Below, in pieces: positions 56,706-64,000 of a stretch of DNA of 64,000 nt. The notes below the pieces were generated by a model. That model was not told where the DNA came from. It searched no databases and saw only the letters and a program-made list of their open reading frames with translations. The stretch is from an uncultured Gemmatimonadales bacterium (lineage in GTDB: Bacteria; Gemmatimonadota; Gemmatimonadetes; Gemmatimonadales; GWC2-71-9), in the NCBI GenBank assembly GCA_963795085.1, contig CAWCFX010000004.1, forward strand, positions 128,001-192,000. Reading direction: 5' to 3'. Within the stretch, counting starts at the first letter, position 1, and every line of letters begins with the position of its first letter. The position numbers were made by a program, and so were the translations under genes.

Positions 56706-57875
56706 GTGAGCATACCTTTGGACCGGCCCTCGGCCGGGCTCCTTCACATAGAATCGAATGAAGCCGCGGCGGCCTTTTTCGAAGCGATCGCGGGCGAGGC
56801 CATCATCGCGGTGGATACCGAGGCGGCCAGCTTTCACCGGTACGTTGACCGGACCTACCTCCTGCAGATCTCCACGCGGGGACGGACGGCGGTCATCGAC
56901 CCGCTCACCGTGACCGACCTTGGGGCTTTGGGGACGATGCTCGCCGATGGTGGCGTCGAGGTCATCTTTCATGATGCCGATTACGATCTCCGGATGCTGG
57001 ACCGGGACTACGGGTTCCGGGCCGCCCGGTTGTTTGACACCAGGATTGCGGCTCAACTGCTCAACGAGCCAGGCATTGGACTGGCGGCGTTGCTGGAGAA
57101 GTATCTCGGGGTAACGCTGGACAAGAAGTACCAGCGGGCGGACTGGTCACGTCGGCCGCTCATTCCGGAAATGCTCCGCTATGCGGCGATGGATACCCAG
57201 CACCTGCCCGAGTTACGCGATATCCTGCGGGACCAGCTGGTCGGTGCGGGAAGGCTGGCATGGGCCGAGGAGGAGTTCGGCCAGTTGGAATCCATACGGT
57301 GGAGCCCGGCGGAGGACGAAGGATTCTGGCGGCTCAAGGGTGCCAAGGTTCTTCGGGGGCCGGCCATCGCCGTTCTCCGGGAGCTGTATCAGTGGCGCGA
57401 CCAGCTGGCCCGACAGCTGGACCGCGCCCCGTTCCGGATCCTCAATAACGAAACCCTGCTGGACCTGGCCCGGGTGCAACCGCGGGACCTGGCGGCGCTG
57501 GGCGCCATGCGCGGAATTGGGGGAGACACTTTGGGCCGGCGGGGTACCGAGTTACTGGCCGCAGTCGAACGGGGCCTGGCGATTCCCCTCGCCGATATTC
57601 CCCGTGCCGAGCGAGGGGTCCGGACCCGGCCGGACCCGGCGGTGCTGGACCGCATGGAGCGGCTCAAGGCGGCGCGCAACGTGGCCGCCGCACGGCTCAA
57701 CCTCGCTCCCGGAGTGCTCTGCCCCAACGGGACGCTGGAAGCGGTTGCCCGGGCAGAGCCCCGGACCGCCGGAGACCTGGCGGCGATAGCGGGCCTGCGC
57801 ACCTGGCAGCGAATGGCGATTGGCGAGGAACTGCTGGCCGCGGCGGCCGACCCACCCACGCGGCAGGGGAGCTAA
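56706..57875 (+). CDS. rnd: Ribonuclease D with HRDC domains
   Basis: AVDTE, HDADYD, FDTRIAA, DWSRRPL, YAAMD, WRDQLARQLDRAP. Confidence 0.88.
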   Translation: MSIPLDRPSAGLLHIESNEAAAAFFEAIAGEAIIAVDTEAASFHRYVDRTYLLQISTRGRTAVIDPLTVTDLGALGTMLADGGVEVIFHDADYDLRMLDRDYGFRAARLFDTRIAAQLLNEPGIGLAALLEKYLGVTLDKKYQRADWSRRPLIPEMLRYAAMDTQHLPELRDILRDQLVGAGRLAWAEEEFGQLESIRWSPAEDEGFWRLKGAKVLRGPAIAVLRELYQWRDQLARQLDRAPFRILNNETLLDLARVQPRDLAALGAMRGIGGDTLGRRGTELLAAVERGLAIPLADIPRAERGVRTRPDPAVLDRMERLKAARNVAAARLNLAPGVLCPNGTLEAVARAEPRTAGDLAAIAGLRTWQRMAIGEELLAAAADPPTRQGS

Positions 57876-58183
57876 CCCCCGAGGAAGGCCCGCACCCGGG
57901 GATCGATCTTTTCAGGAGTCCAGTACGGCTCCCAGACGATCTCGACGTCGACCGAATTGACTCCTTCCAGGGCCTGCACCGTGCGGGTAACATCCCCGAC
58001 GATCTCCGGGCCGGCCGGACACCCGGGCGAGGTGAGGGTCATCCTGACCTGTACATCGCCTTCCTCATTGAGTTCGACATCATAGACCAGCCCTAGATCC
58101 ACGATATTCAGATTTAACTCCGGATCCTTGACCGCGCGAAGCGATTTGCGGATAAACTCCGGGGTCAGCGATGCATTGGCCAT
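57872..58183 (-). CDS. DUF59/SufT-like metal-sulfur cluster assembly factor
   Basis: VKDPELNLNIVDLGLVY, MTLTSPGCP, VWEPYW. Confidence 0.9.
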   Translation of the reverse strand: MANASLTPEFIRKSLRAVKDPELNLNIVDLGLVYDVELNEEGDVQVRMTLTSPGCPAGPEIVGDVTRTVQALEGVNSVDVEIVWEPYWTPEKIDPRVRAFLGG

Positions 58184-58227
58184 GTTCCCCTCCTCGTTGG
58201 CGCGTCCCGGCTGGAAAGATAATGGAT

Positions 58228-59421
58228 TCAGCAGGCAGACTGGGGAGACTGGCAGGAGTATGAGGCACCCACCACGGCGGCGTCCGCCACCTGGGCGCGG
58301 ACCAGGCGGAGGTCACGGAGGGAACGTCCCACCTGCGGATTCAGGCTACGATTGGTGAGCAGGACTACGAAAAGGCCCTTGTCCGGGTCGATCCACAACT
58401 GGGTTCCGGTCCAGCCGGTGTGCCCATAGGCGGAAGGCGAGAGAAGGGTACCGAACACGCTACCGCCTTCAATCCCCGGGTCGGGAGAATCCCATCCAAG
58501 AAGCCGGGTACCGCTTGCCTCACGACGCTCCAGGAACCGGGCCATTGAGCCGGCGGACACCAGGCTGCTTTCGGCAACCACTCCATCCCGCAGCCACCAC
58601 TGGGCGAAGCGGGCAAGGTCGCTCGCCGTCGCGAACAGGCCGGCGTGTCCTGACACCCCACCCTGGTCGCGCGCGTTCCGGTCATGCACGACACCCGCGA
58701 TGGTGACCCGGCCATCAGCGTAGGTCGGCGCGGCCCGTCGCTGGCGGGGGGGCGGCGGATTGAACCCGGTTTCCCGCATGCCCAGCGGGGCAAGGACTTC
58801 CCGGTCGACGAAGCGAGCCAGCGATTCGCCGGTGATCGCCTCGATGACCATGCCGAGGAGCATGGCGTTAATATCGCTATACACGGCGCTCCGGCCGGGG
58901 TTGCGGACCGGCTCCTCCCGGAGGACAAGGCTGGCAATACCGGCGGGCGTGGAGCTTCGCTTGAAGAAGTCGCCGTAGGGGCGAAGGCCGCTGGTGTGAT
59001 CCAGCAGCATTCGCACCGTAATGGGGCGCTGGGTGGTCCGGTCGAAGCGCCTCAGGTAGCGGTGCACCGGCGCATCGAGGTCGAGCCGGCCCCGGTCCAC
59101 CAGAATCAGGGCCGCGCTCGCGGTGGCGACGACCTTGGTCAGCGAGGCCAGGTCGTAGAGCGTCGAATCGGGTACGGGCTGGCTGGCCCTGCTGGCCCAG
59201 GAGAGACGGCCAAATCCGCGCGCGTGAAGGATGGATGTCCTGGTGCCCACGACGACGACCGCCCCGGGGTACACACCTCGAGCGACGCCCGCGGCGACGG
59301 CCGCGTCGAGATCGGCGAAGGGTGCTTCGGGGCCGCGGACGGCGTGGGCACCCGGCAGGACCAGGAGGCCGGCCAGGAGCGCCGTCGCTCCCCGGAAGCG
59401 GGAAGGAGGGGCGGCCATCAT
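58228..59421 (-). CDS. Serine hydrolase (beta-lactamase/class C-like)
   Basis: ASLTK, LLDHTSG, YSD, GHAGLF, GHTGWTG; signal peptide. Confidence 0.88.
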   Translation of the reverse strand: MMAAPPSRFRGATALLAGLLVLPGAHAVRGPEAPFADLDAAVAAGVARGVYPGAVVVVGTRTSILHARGFGRLSWASRASQPVPDSTLYDLASLTKVVATASAALILVDRGRLDLDAPVHRYLRRFDRTTQRPITVRMLLDHTSGLRPYGDFFKRSSTPAGIASLVLREEPVRNPGRSAVYSDINAMLLGMVIEAITGESLARFVDREVLAPLGMRETGFNPPPPRQRRAAPTYADGRVTIAGVVHDRNARDQGGVSGHAGLFATASDLARFAQWWLRDGVVAESSLVSAGSMARFLERREASGTRLLGWDSPDPGIEGGSVFGTLLSPSAYGHTGWTGTQLWIDPDKGLFVVLLTNRSLNPQVGRSLRDLRLVRAQVADAAVVGASYSCQSPQSAC

Positions 59422-60188
59422 GGCCCGATGCTGTCTTTCACCGACCCCGCTGGCAGCTGGTATAGCAGCGTCACCGTGTGACGATCGCGCCGCGAGAGCT
59501 CCGTAATGCGGGGTTCGGGGAACATGACATCGGTTGCGAGGGCGGAGTGAGGCAGGCCCAGGGCGTGTCCAACCTCGTGGATGGCAACCGACATCAGGGC
59601 GGTGGAGGGCAGGGACCGTCCCCGGCCATCAGCCATCGCCAGTGTTATCACTGCCCGCTGCACCCTCCCGAACTGGTCCCAGGTCAGGTCGGTCTGACCG
59701 GTACGGTCTATCGGAAAATGGGAGATCCACTTGACCACCATGTCCGCGGAGACGGTATCGGGCGTGAAATCAAAATGCAGGTCCAGGCCCAGGTTCTCCC
59801 ACTGCCGGAAAGCGTCCCTGACATACCCGCTTCGGGATCCACCGGTCGCGCCCGGTTCGATGAAGGCGACCCGGACGGGCCGGCCGATGGGAATGGGCCA
59901 GCGGCGCAACACGGAATCGGTGGACAGGAGGAGCGAGTCGAGATAGGTCTCCCGCCCCTCGGAATTGAGGGTACGGCGGGTCGCCAGGCGAGCCAACCGC
60001 TCAATCGTGGGGGTGCCGGTTTCGCTGGAGAGACGGGTCACTATCGGGGGTGGAGCCTCGGCCAGGTTAGGCTGATGGGTGCTCGTCGGAGTGTCTACTA
60101 CAACGCTGCGGCCAGGCCGTCCCAGTCGATCGGCCAGGATGAGGGCCAGCACCAGCAGCGTAAGTATCGGCAGGAAAAACCGTTGCAT
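59418..60188 (-). CDS. Matrixin (M10) family metallopeptidase
   Basis: HEVGHALGLPHS, Met-turn DVM, N-terminal TM. Confidence 0.85.
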   Translation of the reverse strand: MQRFFLPILTLLVLALILADRLGRPGRSVVVDTPTSTHQPNLAEAPPPIVTRLSSETGTPTIERLARLATRRTLNSEGRETYLDSLLLSTDSVLRRWPIPIGRPVRVAFIEPGATGGSRSGYVRDAFRQWENLGLDLHFDFTPDTVSADMVVKWISHFPIDRTGQTDLTWDQFGRVQRAVITLAMADGRGRSLPSTALMSVAIHEVGHALGLPHSALATDVMFPEPRITELSRRDRHTVTLLYQLPAGSVKDSIGP

Positions 60189-60345
60189 TACGAAGACAAG
60201 TTCGGGTTTGGGGGCCTCTTCTGGAGTGATCGAGTGGGCCCCTCGGTCTAATCTGCAAGATTTGGGCTGTCTGGCGCCCCCCTAGGCCCCCGTCTACTAT
60301 TGGCGCGGCCATCGGCCATCCCCGGTTCCGAGGAGAGGCAACACC

Positions 60346-62607
60346 GTGCTACGAAATCTGGCCCGCCTGCTGGTGCGCTGGCGCTGGCCACTGATTGCCA
60401 TCTGGGCCGTGCTGGGAGGGATTGGCGTCTCCCAGGCACCTCGAACCCAGCACCTGCTCAATCTTCGCGGGGGCAGCAAGTCCCCCACGGAGGCCTCCCA
60501 GGTAGATGACCTTCTCCGGGACCGGTTTGACCGGCCGCTGAGCGAGTTCCTCGTGGTCACCATTGAGTCCGGCACCCCGGTTTCCCGTCCCGAAACCGAG
60601 ACCCGGTTGTCGCGGCTGGGGGGTGGGCTTGCCTCGCTCCCCTACGTGCGGGAGGTCATCTCGTTCCAGTCGACCGGCGATTCCACCTTTCTGGGTCCCG
60701 ACGGTCGTTCCGCCTTCCTGCTGGTGGCGCTTCGGGTGCCCACGGCGGACAGTGCGGGGGGCCTGGTGACACCGCTGCGGAAGGAGATTCGGCAGCGACT
60801 TGCGGCGGATCAGGCCGCCGATTCGCTCCGGGTACGAGTCACGGGGCGGGCGGCGCTCGACCTCGACGTGCGCGCCGTGAGCGGCGAAGACAGCGTTCGC
60901 GGCGAACTGCTGGCCCTGCCACTAACCCTGATTATCCTGGTCTTTGCCTTCGGCGCGCTGGTGGCGGCGGCCCTGCCCCTGCTTATCGGCTTTCTGGCCA
61001 TCGCCTTGAGCCTGACCATCATCGGAGTCGCCGCCCGGTTTACTCCGATGTCGGTATTCGTGCTGAACCTCACGACGATGATCGGCCTGGGCGTCGGTAT
61101 CGATTACTCCCTGCTGATCGTGACCCGGTTCCGGGAAGAGCTCAACCGTGGCCTGCCCCGGATGAACGCGGCCATCCGCACCGTGTACACGGCCGGGGGG
61201 GCCGTGGTGACGTCAGGGCTGACGGTCATGGTAGGGTTTGGAGCCCTGCTCTTCACACCCCTGACCGAAACGAGAAGCGTGGGGCTGGGCGGACTGGTGG
61301 TGGTAAGCGTGGCGGTGGCCCTGTCGCTGACGCTGCTCCCGGCGCTGCTCGCGGTGCTGGGGCGGGGGATTGACGGTCCCCGGTGGATTGCCCGGCGGGT
61401 GGCATGGTACCATGCTCCGCGGGTCTGGGAAAAGTGGGCCCGCAGCCTGAATCGGCACCCGCGCCGGGCCCTGGCGCTGGGGGGGCTCGCCATCGGGATC
61501 CTGACGGCGCCGGTGTTCCTGATCAAGATCGGGCTGCCGGCCCACAACTGGTGGACACCGGGGACCGAGGCGGGCCAGGGCATTGCCGTGCTCGACTCGA
61601 TGGGAGTCGCCGGCATCATTACGCCCATCCGGGTACTCGTCGAAGCGCCGGAGGGCGAACGGGTGGTGGGCGCCGCCAACCTGCGCACGCTCAGGGCCCT
61701 GAGCGATTCATTCCGCGCCGATCCCCGGGTGCAGGATGTGCGCAGCGTAGTGGATCTCCGGGACAACCGCTCCATCCTGAGCTACTCCCTGCTGTACAGC
61801 GACATGAGCGCCGCCCGGGCCCAGTACCCCGAGTTCCTGGGCGCCTACCTGAGCGGGGACAGCCGGATCGCGCTGATGGACGTGCTCCTCGCCGACAGCA
61901 CCTCGCTCACGTCGGCCATGGACGTGGTGCGGCGGGTCAGGAGGCTGGGCATGGTGGTGCTTCCCGACTCCGGCGGAGCCACCCTCCGCACCGGGGGTTT
62001 CTTCGCGTCCAGCGTGGACCTCCAGTCCGACCTGTTGCGCCGGTTCCCGCTGGTCGCGCTGCTGATCGTCCTGACGACCGGCATCATGCTCGCCATCGCC
62101 TTCCGGTCGGTGCTGGTTCCGATCAAGGCCATCATCATGAACCTGCTGTCGGTCTGCGCAACCTTTGGGTTGATCGTGCTGGTCTTCCAGTATGGATGGG
62201 GCAGCGCCATCCTGGGCCTGGCCGGCCCAACCGAGGCCATTTACGTCGTGATCCCGGTGCTGGTGTTCGCCGTGGTCTTTGGGCTCAGCATGGACTACGA
62301 AGTCTTCCTGCTGACCCGGATCAAGGAGGCGTTTGACCGAACCGGACGGAACGACCAGGCGACCATGGAAGGCCTGAGCGCCACCGCCTCGGTCATCACC
62401 TCCGCCGCTCTCATCATGATCCTGGTGTTCGGCGTCTTCGCCTTTGCCCGGGTGCTGGCGATGCAGTTCCTGGGGTTTGGACTGGCGGTGGCGGTGCTGC
62501 TGGACGCGACGATCATCCGCATGGTGCTGGTGCCGGCGTTCATGCAGCTGGCCGGAGAGTGGAACTGGTGGCCAGGCCACCGGCGAGAAGGACGGGCGGG
62601 GAGCTAG
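60346..62607 (+). CDS. MMPL/RND family transporter (YdfJ/MmpL3-like)
   Basis: Two repeats with GVGIDYSL and GLSMDYEVF; ~12 TMs. Confidence 0.9.
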   Translation: MLRNLARLLVRWRWPLIAIWAVLGGIGVSQAPRTQHLLNLRGGSKSPTEASQVDDLLRDRFDRPLSEFLVVTIESGTPVSRPETETRLSRLGGGLASLPYVREVISFQSTGDSTFLGPDGRSAFLLVALRVPTADSAGGLVTPLRKEIRQRLAADQAADSLRVRVTGRAALDLDVRAVSGEDSVRGELLALPLTLIILVFAFGALVAAALPLLIGFLAIALSLTIIGVAARFTPMSVFVLNLTTMIGLGVGIDYSLLIVTRFREELNRGLPRMNAAIRTVYTAGGAVVTSGLTVMVGFGALLFTPLTETRSVGLGGLVVVSVAVALSLTLLPALLAVLGRGIDGPRWIARRVAWYHAPRVWEKWARSLNRHPRRALALGGLAIGILTAPVFLIKIGLPAHNWWTPGTEAGQGIAVLDSMGVAGIITPIRVLVEAPEGERVVGAANLRTLRALSDSFRADPRVQDVRSVVDLRDNRSILSYSLLYSDMSAARAQYPEFLGAYLSGDSRIALMDVLLADSTSLTSAMDVVRRVRRLGMVVLPDSGGATLRTGGFFASSVDLQSDLLRRFPLVALLIVLTTGIMLAIAFRSVLVPIKAIIMNLLSVCATFGLIVLVFQYGWGSAILGLAGPTEAIYVVIPVLVFAVVFGLSMDYEVFLLTRIKEAFDRTGRNDQATMEGLSATASVITSAALIMILVFGVFAFARVLAMQFLGFGLAVAVLLDATIIRMVLVPAFMQLAGEWNWWPGHRREGRAGS

Positions 62608-62619
62608 CCCGGGCGGCGG

Positions 62620-63009
62620 TCAACTGCAGTTGACGTCGCCCTCGACCGTGGCGGAGCCCACGGGGGTGGCGCTGCCGTGGAAGAGGTAGCACTGGCGCGG
62701 GGTCAGCGGATTGGAGATGGTGGCGGACCAGCCAGCCACCGTGGCTTCATTGATGGCCAGGACGTTGCCCGGCGAGAGGGTGACGTTGAGGGCAACCGGG
62801 TCCACGGAATACGCGGAGTTGGCGTAGTAGAAACCCTCCTGCGACGTGGCCAGGTTGCGCAGGTCGGACTGCATGGTGGCAACGATGGTCTTTTCCTTGT
62901 TGCCGGCCAGCCGGGGGAGGGCAAAGACCGCGAGCAGCCCGATAATCACCACCACGACGAGCAACTCGACAAAGGTGACTCCGCGGCGTGCTTGGCCTGG
63001 GGTCTTCAC
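62620..63009 (-). CDS. Type IV pilin-like protein
   Basis: Class III signal RRG|VTFVELLVV with E5; C-terminal Cys pair; AGGAGG RBS overlapping the polA stop. Confidence 0.85.
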   Translation of the reverse strand: MKTPGQARRGVTFVELLVVVVIIGLLAVFALPRLAGNKEKTIVATMQSDLRNLATSQEGFYYANSAYSVDPVALNVTLSPGNVLAINEATVAGWSATISNPLTPRQCYLFHGSATPVGSATVEGDVNCS

Positions 63010-63018
63010 GGGTCCTCC

Positions 63019-64000
63019 TTAGTGTTTCGCATCCAGCCAGTTGGGCCCCACCCCGATATCCACCACCAGCGGCACCTTGAGTTCGACCGCGGTCTGCATG
63101 TGATGGCGGACCAGCTCGGTCAGGGCCGGCACCTCCGACGGAGGTGCCTCGAAGACCAGTTCGTCGTGGACCTGGAGCAGCATGCGCGCGTTGAGGCGCT
63201 GGCCCCGGATGGCCAGGTGGATATTGCGCATAGCGACCTTGATCAAATCGGCGGCCGACCCCTGGACCGGTGAATTGGCGGCCGTCCGCTCGCCAAAGGA
63301 TCGGACGTTGAAACTGCGGTCCCGGATCTCCGGAATGTAGCGCCGCCGCCCGAAGATCGTCTCGACGTAGCCCGCCTCCCGGGCCGTCTTGACCATCCGG
63401 TCGAGGTAGGCCCGGACCCCGGCGAACCGCTGAAAATACTGCGCAATAAACGCCCGTGCCTCATCCTGGCCGATCCCCAGTTGGCGGGCCAGTGCGAAGG
63501 GGCCCTGGCCGTAGATCGTGGCGAAATTAATGGTCTTCGCCTGGCTCCGCATTTCGGCGGTGACATTCTCCAGGGGCACTTCGAAAATGATGGCCGCCGT
63601 CTGGCGGTGAATGTCGCCTCCCTGCCGGAACGCCTGGATGAAGGCCGCGTCATCGGAGAGATGGGCGATAAGTCGCAGCTCCACCTGGGAATAGTCGGCC
63701 ACCAGGAAGACGCTGCCGGCGGCGGGTACGAACCCGCGGCGAATCTCCTCCCCCCGCGGTGTTCGGATGGGGATGTTCTGCAGGTTGGGATCGCTGGAGC
63801 TGAGCCGGCCGGTGGCCGCGCCGGTCTGGTTGAAGCTGGTATGGATCCGCCCGGTCACCCGATTGACCCGGGCCGGCAACACCTCGACGTAGGTGGACCG
63901 AAGTTTCTCCAGTTCCCGGTACTCCATGATGAGCCGGGGAACTTCGTGCCCCTGCTCGGCCAGCTGCTCCAGCACATCGGCATCGGTACTGGGGCCGGTC
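63019..64000 (-). CDS. polA: DNA polymerase I, C-terminal part (5' end outside window)
   Basis: TGRLSSSDPNLQNIP, DYSQVELR, AKTINF, QGSAAD, QVHDEL. Confidence 0.97.
   Translation of the reverse strand, partial: TGPSTDADVLEQLAEQGHEVPRLIMEYRELEKLRSTYVEVLPARVNRVTGRIHTSFNQTGAATGRLSSSDPNLQNIPIRTPRGEEIRRGFVPAAGSVFLVADYSQVELRLIAHLSDDAAFIQAFRQGGDIHRQTAAIIFEVPLENVTAEMRSQAKTINFATIYGQGPFALARQLGIGQDEARAFIAQYFQRFAGVRAYLDRMVKTAREAGYVETIFGRRRYIPEIRDRSFNVRSFGERTAANSPVQGSAADLIKVAMRNIHLAIRGQRLNARMLLQVHDELVFEAPPSEVPALTELVRHHMQTAVELKVPLVVDIGVGPNWLDAKH

Noticed and set aside
1..64000. CRISPR arrays, rRNA/tRNA, transposases, reverse transcriptases, phage genes
   Set aside because: None recognised by eye on either strand; short or divergent elements could have been missed.

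Overview
High-GC bacterial chromosomal window. Gene content and order resemble Gemmatimonadota; this is an inference, not a search result. It is densely coding, with about 60 genes. I found no rRNA, tRNA, CRISPR array, prophage or transposase. Left to right: (1) a sigma-54 module (DUF4382-like protein, enhancer-binding protein with a degenerate receiver domain, TPR protein, two paralogous acidic lipoproteins, -24/-12 promoters); (2) an EF-G paralogue, ABC exporter, SDR, Bfd-like ferredoxin, GAF histidine kinase and a PPC-repeat protein; (3) a 4-hydroxybenzoyl-CoA-reductase-like molybdoenzyme with Gln at the usual catalytic Glu; (4) mazEF; (5) a probably leaderless His/Cys + RAPP leader ORF ahead of a porin/metal-binding protein/permease operon with no ATPase; (6) a ~260-nt candidate structured RNA ahead of an amidohydrolase; (7) LOG/deoxyhypusine-synthase-like/MFS, ndh-queG, and a nucleoside ABC transporter with a frameshifted BMP lipoprotein; (8) mnmG-parS-parAB-M23 peptidase-bactofilin; (9) a Nat-type ABC-2 exporter and sufR-sufBCDSU with a bacilliredoxin and an unknown small gene; (10) def, a patatin/beta-barrel fusion, ferredoxin, rnd, DUF59, MMPL, a pilin and the 3' end of polA. 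The best candidates for undescribed biology are the RAPP-leader metal-uptake operon, the structured intergenic RNA and the sigma-54/TPR/lipoprotein module. All family assignments come from motif recognition by eye; no database searches were run.
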